Source: Trypanosoma brucei
Taxonomy: Eukaryota
DNA length: 64,000 bases
Assembly (NCBI GenBank): GCA_000002445.1
Contig: CP000070.1
Location: 992,001-1,056,000, forward strand
Direction of reading: 5' to 3'
Position 1 is the stretch's first letter; the number at the start of each line of letters is the position of its first letter. Shown piece by piece: positions 19,321 to 30,317 of this stretch. The notes beneath the pieces are model-generated. The model worked only from the letters and a program-made list of their open reading frames with translations. It was not told the DNA's origin and did not search any database. Both the position numbers and the translations under genes were made by a program.

Positions 19321-21651
19321 TCAATCAACCTGCGCCAAAAAGGGGTGAGAAAGAAGGTCCTTGCTCCGTGGACGCGCCTTGTGATCAAGAGTTAGACACG
19401 CCTCAACAAATGATATAAAGGCGCTATCAGTGACGTTATGAGCAGCCAATTTTTCCCTAAGAACTCGATACGGGCGCTCTTCAGAGATAAGACTCTCCGT
19501 ATCCCGGGTACCGTTGTTTTCCGCATCTGTACCTTCGGCATCTGGGTTCTTGATGCCCGATGACTGCGGCACTGGCGTGTACAAATAGTAATATGAAGAA
19601 TCTTCTCCGGGATCATCCCCGTCCTTATTACCTTGTTCGTAGATACAGCCAAATTTATTTATAAATTTAGAAGTATGCCGACCTTCCCACAACATCCGTC
19701 TGGGAAACGGGCGGCCGCAGACATAAACAATACGAGCAAGCATTTCCGGCACTGTCTCAGATGTGAACAATACTTCTCCTGTCACAAGCTCCGCCAAAAT
19801 TGCCCCAAGAGACCATACATCGATCCTCCCATCATAATCACATCCCAGGATAACTTCTGGAGCACGGTAACTTCTGCTTTGGATGTAAGAGCTTAAATGA
19901 TCGCTCAAAAAACAACTACTTCCAAAATCAATCACCTTTATTAAGCACCGTCTGTGGGAAACAAATAAAATATTTTCTGGCTTCAGATCCGCATGAATCA
20001 AGCTTAAACTGTGAACGTATGTTAGGGCCTCTGTGATTTGTCGTGCAATGCGGCGCAACCTTGGTATGGTAAAGTAAAATGTTTCCTCTTCCTCGCGATT
20101 ATACTTGGAATATTCGTAAAGGTTATCCGATAGCAATTCCGTCACCAACATCGTATGTTCCTTGTAGTAAAAGCTGTCAATCAACCGAATGACATGGGCT
20201 TTATCAGGATCCTTGTATTTGTTTATTAGCGTCAGCAAGCGTATTTCATCCAGCGACTGATCAAAAAAGTCCTTGGAGTTGTTGATTATTTTGAGGCAAA
20301 CTTCGACATAACCAACAACTTTCCTTTTCTTTGCATCGTTTGAAACACCACCATTCTCGGTATCGACACACCGGTTTTGCGCATCTGTGGTTGCGGTCCT
20401 ATCCTTATCCTCTACTTTGACGTCATCCTCATATATGGGTTGAGAAAGGTCATAGCATCGCACCGCACGGCTAAATGTTGCTTTCCCCAACATCTCCACT
20501 ATCTGGTAACGGTCAGCCACAATTGTACCGCGTTCAATCGGAAATGTCTTCTCCTCTTCAAATCCAGTTTTTATGGGATCCATGATTACACGAAGGTTGA
20601 AACTCCCCATGGTCACAGGTGCCTTGCCTTCCTTAGCCAAACGTCGAAATTCTTGTCTTCTTTCCTCCCTAGCTCGAACAGCATCAAACATCACTCCTCG
20701 CTCCAGTTCCACTACAAACTCAAAGGGTGATACTGGTTTGAAGCGCGAACGTTCAGCATCCGTCGTTGCGCACTCATCGTATTTGTATCCGACAAAGTCT
20801 TTAACGGTGACGTGCGCTGGTCTTTTAGACGATGAAAGTCCACCACGACGAATTGTCTCCGAAAATGTTTTGCTCAAGAAACGAGCCTGACCCTCAGTAA
20901 TTCCGCCACCAAATGGAAATGAAGGAACACGGTATACTTTTTTCGTACCAACAACTGCTGCATCATCCATGTAATCACTTTCTTTGTCCTCATCTTTATC
21001 CTCGCTACTATCCTCAACAGCTTCCCCCGTTTCGGAGTGAAGAAGCAGTGGTTCAGGCTGCCAGGTACAGCCACTTATGTCCTGATAAAGTGCGGGGTCC
21101 ACAGCCTTAAAAACAACTTGAGTTTTGACACCGTCGTAGACATTATCATCAGAATCAGCCGAAAAGTCTGCTCCCATCGTACAAGCGCTGAATAACTGCG
21201 CCTTCGAATTAGGATAGAATCCACCTAAATCATGGCCGTCTTCACCACAGGCTTCCGGAGAACAAGAAGTTACCTCCGCTTCCGTATCATCTAATTCGCT
21301 TTCGCAAAACTCGGCAGCGTCACCTGAAACCTTTTTTGCGTAGCAGTTACCGGGTTTCGCATTGTTTGCAGTAGCCCCACCACTAATTCCACCTCCTCGC
21401 GTTACGGGGAACTCGCAAATTACATCATTGTGGCCCTGAGTCCTTTGTTGCCTCGCAGGGTGTTTGGTCAGTGGCGCTGTTGACTCCAGGACACTTAAAA
21501 GAGCATCATACGACTTACAACTTTCCACGTTACGGGACCTTCGACGGATAGCTTCAGTGGATTCCAACATCGACTTTGCGAGCGCCTTTATTTCTTCAAT
21601 TATGGTGTCGGTTGATGCACCACATCTCTTCAACCCATCAGCGGGTTCCAT
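19321..21651 (-). CDS. DYRK-family (CMGC) protein kinase, 776 aa, with the catalytic domain in the C-terminal half
   Basis: Catalytic loop H-A-D-L-K-P-E-N-I-L-F, DFG as D-F-G-S-S, activation loop S-S-Y-I-Q-S-R-S-Y-R-A-P-E-V-I-L-G (the DYRK-type Y-x-Y and QSRxYRAPE), then D-V-W-S-L-G-A-I-L-A-E-L. ATP-site lysine in V-G-Y-V-E-V-C-L-K-I-I-N. Confidence 0.85.
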   Translation of the reverse strand: MEPADGLKRCGASTDTIIEEIKALAKSMLESTEAIRRRSRNVESCKSYDALLSVLESTAPLTKHPARQQRTQGHNDVICEFPVTRGGGISGGATANNAKPGNCYAKKVSGDAAEFCESELDDTEAEVTSCSPEACGEDGHDLGGFYPNSKAQLFSACTMGADFSADSDDNVYDGVKTQVVFKAVDPALYQDISGCTWQPEPLLLHSETGEAVEDSSEDKDEDKESDYMDDAAVVGTKKVYRVPSFPFGGGITEGQARFLSKTFSETIRRGGLSSSKRPAHVTVKDFVGYKYDECATTDAERSRFKPVSPFEFVVELERGVMFDAVRAREERRQEFRRLAKEGKAPVTMGSFNLRVIMDPIKTGFEEEKTFPIERGTIVADRYQIVEMLGKATFSRAVRCYDLSQPIYEDDVKVEDKDRTATTDAQNRCVDTENGGVSNDAKKRKVVGYVEVCLKIINNSKDFFDQSLDEIRLLTLINKYKDPDKAHVIRLIDSFYYKEHTMLVTELLSDNLYEYSKYNREEEETFYFTIPRLRRIARQITEALTYVHSLSLIHADLKPENILFVSHRRCLIKVIDFGSSCFLSDHLSSYIQSRSYRAPEVILGCDYDGRIDVWSLGAILAELVTGEVLFTSETVPEMLARIVYVCGRPFPRRMLWEGRHTSKFINKFGCIYEQGNKDGDDPGEDSSYYYLYTPVPQSSGIKNPDAEGTDAENNGTRDTESLISEERPYRVLREKLAAHNVTDSAFISFVEACLTLDHKARPRSKDLLSHPFLAQVD

Positions 21652-24600
21652 GGCACTTATATATATACGTCCGAATATATATATATTAGAAATATATACA
21701 GCCCGCTTGTTTGCTTCCTTACTGCTACTACTACCTTTAAAGTATAAATCACTTTAACCACGAGTACCGGCGTGGGGAATTTCAAAAAGGTAAGGGTCAA
21801 TATTTCACGAAACGAACCAAATACGGAGAGGAAAAAGAAAAAAGAAAAAGTTGCTCCCCTTCTTACGTCCCCCTTTTTTTGAGGCACAATCTCCCAGTCA
21901 ACCTATAAAATAGGAAGCCAAGCGGATGACAAAAAGATGCTCCTCAATTCAGAATTTCGTTATATCATACATAATACGACACTTTAAAAAACGGTATCCA
22001 TATGCAGCGAGTCTCAGGCACGCAGAGAAAAAACGGATATAACGATTGTAGTCACCAATAAGACCAACATCAAATATATATATATATATAACTTGCACGG
22101 AACCTTACCGGTAGATTCGCTAGAAGTAGGAAAAACAGAAGTTAGTGTTCATTTTTTAAAAAAGGGCATCCAAGCACATGTACAAGATGTGGTTTAAAAA
22201 ACACATACACACAACTAGGCAAGAAAACGAACAGAAAATCGCGATGAGTGGAGCCATTTACGCTTTGTGGATGTTTACGGGAAGCTGCCCAGCAGTAGCC
22301 GGTAAATAACAATGTCACGTCTATGACTCCTCAGAAGTAGAATTTCAGGGATGAGCACAAGTCAGAAGAATGCGGTGACAGACGAAAACCAGGAGAGTCA
22401 ACAGTAGCCTCGCAAGCCCCATAACCACTCGTAAACCAAATTGACCCCCCCCCCCCCCGAAGACAAGCAACGAGACAGACATAACCCCACAGCACTACAG
22501 GAGACTGGAATACAAGTTGCCGACGCGGAGCCTTACCGGGAGTTACCTTGGGCCGATGTCGACACATTCGGCACCTCCGTGTGCGGACGTGGCGCCACAA
22601 CTGCTCCTTAGTAACACCGAAAAAAAGCGGAGCTTTTGCAGGCTCCCCAAAGTCCAAAACTGTAAACGATTCCTTCATTCCTAGACGTTCTGAAAGATCC
22701 TTTGTGGGCGCCAACGAGCCACTCCTTAGCAAAGCAACGGCAACAACCAAAAGCTGCATAAGCGACACGGGTCCGATCGAACGAAGAAAAACCAAGCCTT
22801 AGTGCACGACGTTCCCAAATTTGCCGCCTGCAGAGAATCGAAGGGCAGCTTTTGTTCGTGTGTCGATGTTTTTGATTTTGTCTTTGTTGAAGCGCAAGCG
22901 CTGAATGGCAGAACAGAATCAACAAAGGAAATGGAAAAGATGCCCCACCAGAGGAAACTCGCCTGACGCGACGGCGCCCACCGGCCACACGCAATTTCAA
23001 CCACAACATCGCCGACGCCAGCTTAGCCGTCCATCGCAGCAGCACCACTAACGCGCACGCAGGTGGATACGACCTCACGTGAATAAAACGGCATCAGTGA
23101 CGTAGCACTTGTGCATCCGTAAAACTACCGCTGGTGCGCGCTATGCGACACAACGTTCTGAAGGAGCAAAAACCCACCCAAAGACACGCATCACCTTCAA
23201 CTGCCAGAATCATACACTCAGCGAACACAATAGTCAACCCCAATCCCCGCGGTTGCTCCACTTCCTCACCGAATGGGGATTATTTTTTCGAACCTCGCTT
23301 GGAGATGACCCATTGGGGAATCAGGGAGATGTTTAACGGTGTCTACCCACCTCTTAATCAAACAGTGAGGCACATCACTGGCAGATCCAACCAACCATAA
23401 GCGTCAGACGGCAAAACACGTCACTTACTGACCGCACACCTTTCTGTAGGTTCCGCGTTTCTGCGCTTTCCAAGCGAATACCGGCCACCAGAAAAGAGAA
23501 GGCGCCCCATCATGATGCATTGCCGCGTCTGAGCCTACGAAACTGATCGTGCAAAGCGCAATCCTCATTAGGTGGAAGGATTGTAGCAGCAGACGATCCC
23601 GTTGTGGACGAAAGCATTCCTCCGGCAAATGAAAACTCCCCAAGGGATACAAAGCGCTTTTGCTGGCACCGACGACTGCAGCCGGCCGCTTCCCACTTTA
23701 TTTTGCAGCGACCTCAGACACTCACTTTCCTGTTCGACTGGAAGAAGTTGGGAGGGCATTGTAATCATGAAGGCGGTTGCACGATACGTTGAAGGGGCTC
23801 CCCACGGTTTCGAATCGTCGGTTGTTTATCATACGCATGGACGCACACTCCCTTAGGCGGCAAACGGAAACCAGAGTGTCCTACGGAAGGGTAGAGTTTC
23901 CTCAAAAAAAAAAAAGAACGCAACATCGGAAGCGTATCTGCTATTCTCGATGCAATAAAATGATTAGCTCGTGCGCATTTTCACTTCGGAAAGAAACATG
24001 CACTACGAGAACCCCACTGCTGCGTCTGCCAGTTCACGTTGAAAACAAATTTACGCCATTTTTCCGCAGGTGGGAGACCTTCTAGGAACCTTTCTTCGCT
24101 TCTGCCTTTCTAACGGTGACCACGCCTTGCATATTAACGCGTCCCTTTTGTTCACTTCCGGTGCCCCCCCCCACGGTGGAACTATTGCTGCTTTCAAAGA
24201 ATTCAATGACACATACAGAATCTTAGTACCCACGGGTTGCTCACGGTGATGACTGTTACGCTGATACTAACCAACACCTACTCACATGGTCCCTTTGTTT
24301 CGGCCTCGTAAGCAGCCGCAGGGCGCGAACGAGCAATTATATACAAAAAAGTAAGGCACCTACGTCTGAACATTTGTTTTACCTAGAGCGGAAAAAAGAT
24401 AGGGTGTGTCCTCCCCGATCTTCTTGAGGGAGAGTTTGGCCAACCTCGTAGGGAAGTTTTCCCCGCCCATGTCGAATGCCCTATCGAGGCGGTAGGATAC
24501 ACCGCCGCCAGGACGAACCCAGACACCCGCACGCGTCCTGGTCTTCGGGGATTGGGAAGGGCTGACAACTTTGTGAAAGGGATAAAAGGTAACTTTATCG

Positions 24601-27310
24601 TTTCCCCGTGTGAAAAAGAGTATTCGTACGCTCATTGGGGGGCTCAAACGCGCCTCCTTTAGTGTATTCAAACTGTTGCTGATTTTGAGTTCGAGGATTC
24701 TTATCACAGCATAGGTCTGATTTTACGTGGAATGCGACTGAATACCGGGTGGCTCCCCCTACCGAATACAAGCACGTTGGCAAAGTGCCTTTGAGAAACG
24801 AAGGGTGAGCTCTGGACTTCGCAGAAAATGGATATGCACAATGAAGGGGCACAACGCATAGTGATTCCTTGACGACATAACACCGGAGTGGCACAACCTT
24901 TTTAGTGTTCACGAGTGTCGACACTGTAAGGGGGTGGTTTTTGCGTAAGGTTCACGAAAAACAGGAGTGTGGAAAGGCATCAGTTGAGCCAACAGTTGAA
25001 TAGATGTTGAAACTCTTACTTATCCCAACACATTTACCATAACCAGCTACGGCCACGACGCCAGCACTGGAAGCAACACGTTCACCCGAAGGCATGCAGG
25101 TACCGGGTGCGCATATGAATTCGCGCTGCCGGCCACGACATCCAACCACACAGCTGGACATTGTACGAGTGAGTATTGTACAGTGGTACTCGGCAGAGAA
25201 CATGAGAATAACTAATGCAGGGGAAGGCGCGAGGAGGTTTTAAGAGCGAAAATGGTTGTCACCTCTGGACATAACAGTCCGCGGTGATTGTGAGTCCTCA
25301 AACTGAAGACCGGAACTGAGGTCAACCAACGATCGTCGCTGGACCACATTCGGGTTCAACACCATTCTTGATGCTGAAAGGGCTCATTTTCTTTTTACTG
25401 TTGTGGGGTATGCTTTCGATGGAAGATAAAGGGGGCGCTAAAAGAGTTTAGCAGCGCACATACGCACAAAGAAACGGAATAGTTAAGTGGAAGTGCCACG
25501 TATCAAACACAAAGTACTTAAAGTGTCTACGCGCGAAGCGCGCGAAACAATGAAAGTTAAGAAAAATTGTGCAGCCAGTATCGCATAGTTGAGATTTAGT
25601 CCTGATTATTGTGTTTTGAATCCGTGTCCCTCCTGGTGGGATCCCTTTCCACCTCCAGATTAAGGTGGTCAACGAGTATCGGTTCGTCGTTCAACATTAC
25701 GCTCGTCCCCCTTTTTTTTCCTTTTATGCTTCCTCACCGGCGTTCCATCCTTATGAGTTGGCAATAAAGTCGCTGCGGGGTTGGGTGGGTTCCCACTCCC
25801 AACAAGTATCTGCGCCACCTCCCGGTTTGGCTAAAACTTTCGATATAACGGCTCCGGCTGACGCAAATATTCGTCTCGTCCTGTTTAGATTCACGTATAC
25901 ATGAGGAGAAGGGTGCAACTTTTCAGCCAAATTTTACATTCTTCAGTTTAAAAAGTTTTGCGTGGAAAGTGCGTTGTCCGCTGCCGAAATGACGGCACCT
26001 TTCAAACAACGTGCTCTACCCCATATTGCCCCCGTGATGCCTTTAGAGGTTGACGGTGCAGTAAATCCAACAAAAAGTCGCCGCACTCTGCCTTTTAGAG
26101 TGTTGCATTCCTTTTCTATTTTGTGTTGTCCCCTGTGCCACATATCTTTGGTTAGAGCGCTTTGTTCCACGCGTTTTGCTTCACAGTGCGGTCGTTGGAG
26201 AGTCCTTTTGAGTCCGCTATATTACCAGGAACGTGCCGTCACTCATATCCCCCTTTATTGCACCTTTCGCCTTTGGGTGTGTATCCCCACTGCATTGAAA
26301 GAGCCATAGCATACCGTCATACTGCACGCCACGCCGTCCGGCCACATGTCGGGCGGAGGCCGCGCCGCTATAGAATGGAGGGAAATATACCTGCACACTG
26401 TCCTTCAACAACCAAGATCGTGTGGCGCAATGTCGTGTCGAACACACCGGGAAGCACAAAAAAAAAACTCCTATAAGTTGGGCGCCGACGCCCCGGCATC
26501 CCCGTTCAATGATAAGTGACCCTTTGCGGCGGTGTTGATAGTTACCTCGCGTCTTTTTTTTTTTTAATTCACGGATAGGGAAAGCCCACAAATAGCGGGG
26601 CACTGTTTTGTACGCGCGTGCAGCCGTACCGCTCTAGGTTGGAGCCATTTCCTTCGCGCTTGGACGCCGGCTTTCACCTTTTCTTTACCCTGCCGCACAT
26701 ACCCAACGTGCCGTTACCAGCGCGGTGCACTGCGACGTGCTGATGAAGATTTTGCTGTTCTCTGCGGTGACACCAGGTGGTCGCACCGGTTTTTTGTGAC
26801 TCATGGCAAAGCAATGTAAAAATATCGAAAAAAAAGGGTAAATACTCCGATTTCCCCTGTGCGCAATTGGTTTCGGCGCTGCTCGCAGCCGACGCCAACA
26901 AACGGTCACCATGCTCAGTGTTCTGCAGTCCCCGCAGTTTTAGCGCAACATGTCCTGCATCAAGTCGTGTTAATCATGCGACGGCCTCGTCCTGTAGGCC
27001 TTGCGCCTCTGCCGGTTGGTCACACTGCGTGGGTTGAAGCTGTGGCTACCTAATCGCTGCGAACTTTAAAATGTCAGAAACCTTCCAGGGAACCTTGTTG
27101 AGTGAGCCGGCCTCGCCGTTTTAAGATTTATTAGTCCCGTGCGCCGGAGTTTGTGCACACCCTAGGGGCTGAATGCGTTTGCTTTTTTTTTTTCTTCATG
27201 TCATTGATGCTTTTATTCAAGGCTCGAGTGAGAACGGTGGGTAACTACTGCATTAGAAGATCATCTAAAGAGTGTTCAGAGTGTTTTGCTTTTGAACAAC
27301 ATGGGTTATC
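21652..27310. promoter_or_regulatory. divergent strand-switch region between the two polycistronic units; probable bidirectional RNA pol II initiation zone; no ORF with coding character
   Basis: Every gene to the left is on the minus strand and every gene to the right is on the plus strand. The 5.6-kb interval has only short overlapping ORFs of non-coding composition. Contains a C14 tract (22445..22458), i.e. G14 on the coding strand of the leftward unit, as described for T. brucei divergent switch regions. Confidence 0.6.
22445..22458 (-). promoter_or_regulatory. G14 homopolymer on the coding strand of the minus-strand unit (C14 on the plus strand)
   Basis: Direct count in the sequence (ttga + 14 c + gaag). 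Guanine runs on the coding strand are a noted feature of trypanosome divergent strand-switch regions. Confidence 0.5.
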
Positions 27311-28231
27311 ATGGCATTTTTACTTTCAGCATGGTTGCCCACTTTTAGGACCTATTTTTCCCTGTTTTCCACGATAGTGTGGCAAGTGATGGAGGGTATG
27401 CTTCTGGATGCTGTTAGTAAAAGTATGGTGGCAGAAGGCGCGAAGTTGGTACCGAAATATGGAGTCCGCAATTCTGCACTCATGTCCTTGTCAGTGAATG
27501 CGTTGAAAGGCAATCCCACATATGACAAGGCGCGGACGCTGGGCAACAGAGAGTTATCTCGTCTGTTTCCGAGGGGATTTTCGATCGCTGTGGTTGAGCA
27601 CATCGTTGCAAGCAGCAACCAAACCGCTCATTTGAGACTTGAGGAGTGCTTTAGTAAATATGCTATTCTCTCCACGGTTGCGAAGAACAGTGATACATAC
27701 CAACTAGGATGCTATAAACCTCCGGGCGTGCGTGAGGTTGTTAGCGAGGCTATGGACTCAAAGTTCAGTGCTCTGCTACCTTATTGCGAACACTGGGCGG
27801 AGGCGGTTGCGCTGGAGTGCTTGCCTTCTAATACTCCGTTTGCCGCCAAGCTGGCTCTGGAATTTATTGATACTACCTGTTACTATGCGGAGCGGATGAG
27901 AAGTTTAGGGTCAGTCGTAGAAGCAGGCAATATACTACTACAGTCTCGTATTTCTGATCCCTTTGCCGCTGAGCCGCATTCGATCGGTGTGTCAGGGGGT
28001 GTAAAAAAAGGTGAAAAGAACGATGCGTTCTGGCAGAAATTTGCCACTACTGTACCTTTGTCCAGTGGACCGCATGCTAGTCACGGTATGCTTGGATATG
28101 AGTGGTATATACTGCGTATGAAGGTTGGTGCGATACTGAGCTTGGGCATGCTCTCTTTTATGGGTGAAAAATCGCGTTCTCGTTTGGAGACTAAGTCGAT
28201 GGTGCGGTCGATAATTTGTGGAATACTGTGA
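27311..28231 (+). CDS. hypothetical protein (306 aa)
   Basis: First ORF of the plus-strand unit. Polypyrimidine tract (27186..27230) followed by AG upstream. No domain recognised. Confidence 0.55.
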   Translation: MAFLLSAWLPTFRTYFSLFSTIVWQVMEGMLLDAVSKSMVAEGAKLVPKYGVRNSALMSLSVNALKGNPTYDKARTLGNRELSRLFPRGFSIAVVEHIVASSNQTAHLRLEECFSKYAILSTVAKNSDTYQLGCYKPPGVREVVSEAMDSKFSALLPYCEHWAEAVALECLPSNTPFAAKLALEFIDTTCYYAERMRSLGSVVEAGNILLQSRISDPFAAEPHSIGVSGGVKKGEKNDAFWQKFATTVPLSSGPHASHGMLGYEWYILRMKVGAILSLGMLSFMGEKSRSRLETKSMVRSIICGIL

Positions 28232-29358
28232 AGGATTAAGAGGGAACAGCACGTTGGCAGGCATTTTTGTTATTTACTAAGTTGTGGATGCGCTAGGAGC
28301 TTGTCGATTGGTTTTACTACTAATGAAAAGATGACTTTCCTGTTGTTCTTTGTTTTGATGCGATGTGGCAATAAATATGGTGCTCCGCGGACATTCGTAT
28401 AGCATCCTGCTGGCACTTTCCCTTCCTATTTCACATACACGTATACATTATTTACGCGTCATGCAGTTGCACATTTCTCTCTATAGGAGACCCAGGTATA
28501 GAGCGTGTCATCCATGGCTTGTGAGGATACGAAAGCTCGTGCAACCGCCGATCATTCGTTTCTATCGCAGAGTATCTCTTACGTACTGCTCGCGAAGTTA
28601 CTCACAGATTAAAGGGACTGTCATCTCAGCAGATTCAGTGGGGAGCCCTGTTATCAGTATTATATTTGTTGGTTTTCTTTTACTAATAAAACCACAGTGT
28701 GTGTACGTATGTTTGGGTGCCCGAAAGGCCAAGGTGGGGGCTTGTTTGTTTGAAGGCTTGTAGGCTTCCCCAATTGGACCCATTTCTCAAATCCGCACTA
28801 CTACTACGATATTGCATTCACTGTTGCGACAGTGTCTTTTGTTAAATGGTTTGCCTTCGCTGGTTGTTGTACTAGAAAAAAATGGACGGACCTACTTAAA
28901 AAACTGTGCACTGTCAGGTAATGTTGTTATATTCGATATTTCGTACCAGGCTTCGTGCTGTATCTACCTCCATCCATATACGGTCCTCGCTTCAAGCCGG
29001 GTTGGTACATATTATCCTATTGAACTGCCACTTCACTCTCCAGTTTTACCTTTCAGACCGGTATTGCTTTATGTGTGTTTTTCTACAGCGAACGCTGTAC
29101 AACCTAGTGTTAATTAGGAGGAATTAGTTATTGCATAGTTGTTTACTGGTTGTGTTTGGAATTTTGTGTTTCATCTGCCCTTTGTTTGTTTGAATTTTAT
29201 TGAAGATTCACATAAATCTATGTATATATGTATTTGTGCGCTTTTTGTCCCCTTTGAGCGACCAACTCACGGTTTCCTGTAATCATCAGTAGCCCTGCAC
29301 TACGTGTATATTCGTTTGCTCTTCATTTTTTCTTTTGCTTTTCTTTAGAAGCACCAAT

Positions 29359-29901
29359 ATGGCAAGCGTAATTGAAAAGGGGCTTGCATCGATATGTTGC
29401 GTTACCACTTCGTCAAAACCATGGGCGGAGGGCGAGGCCGATGGGGATGTGAAGTATGAGGATTTGCGAGGTCCTGGTGGTCGTAACACTTCCGGATCCG
29501 TAAGTGACAAAAGAATATGCGTTCCCCAGAAGATCGATCCGAAAACGTTTTTCGCCAATGAAAGGACCTTTCTCAAGTGGATGTCGATATCAGTGATGAT
29601 AGGAATGATGTCGTTAACACTACTGAATTTTGGCGACACATCGAGCAACGCATCGGAGCTTGCTGGTCTGGTTTTGTTGCCTGTTTCAATATTATTTATG
29701 ATTCATTCGTTATTTGTGTTCAAAGATCGAGCCAACAAGATCTATATGCGGGAGCCTATGCGGTACGATGACACGAAAGGCCCCACGATCCTTGTTCTTG
29801 TACTTGGTGTCTCTCTTGGAATTGCGGCTATTTTTTCCGTTCAGAAGCAATACTACAGGACGGCTTCTTCATCCTTCAATGATGGACCACGATTTTCTTG
29901 A
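29359..29901 (+). CDS. VTC1: vacuolar transporter chaperone 1 (VTC1), a DUF202 three-TM subunit of the acidocalcisome polyphosphate-synthesis complex; ORF opens at 29335 but the Met at 29359 follows the predicted splice-acceptor AG
   Basis: [36 protein letters not shown] aligns almost residue-for-residue with yeast Vtc1 ([35 protein letters not shown]). Downstream Y-D-D-x-x-G-P-T-[IL]-L matches too. Three TM helices. Confidence 0.9.
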   Translation: [180 protein letters not shown]

Positions 29902-30317
29902 GTGATGCTAATATTAAAAAGAAAGTGTAGTAGGCTATTGGAAGGGATCAGTTTTAAACTTCTCAGATGATATCAGTAACATCAGTTGTTGGATGAGCCG
30001 AGTAGGACCGTTGGGAAATAGTAGGTCATTGTTTTAACCTGGTAGGAAGATCCTTAATCTAATTCCAAAGCACCTTCTCCCCATCTGACTGTTTTGTATC
30101 CTCTGCTTTTTTACTTTTCTCAAAAATTTGACCCACGAGAAAGTAGAACAGAGCTGTACGTGACCTCTTCGTTGTTTTCATCGTCACTCGTTTACCAATG
30201 TGTTAAAGCCAGTATAGGCTGGCACAAGTATAGTTTTTTTAATCTTATTGGTTCAGTCGCGCTAAAATATATTGAACGCAGTCGGTCGTCAAGTAGAAAG
30301 AAGAAAGTCGTCAAGAG

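Noticed and set aside
22331-23078. Two overlapping minus-strand ORFs (154 and 156 aa) in the strand-switch region
   Set aside because: They overlap each other in different frames, are Arg/Cys/Ala-rich in a GC-rich background, and have no motifs or polypyrimidine/AG context. They are more likely chance ORFs in a GC-rich regulatory region. A genuine small gene cannot be excluded.
23780-23830. tRNA-like T-loop (ggtttcgaatcg) in the strand-switch region
   Set aside because: It has an extra T relative to the GGTTCGAATCC consensus, and no matching acceptor or anticodon arms could be assembled by eye. A tRNAscan-SE run would be required.
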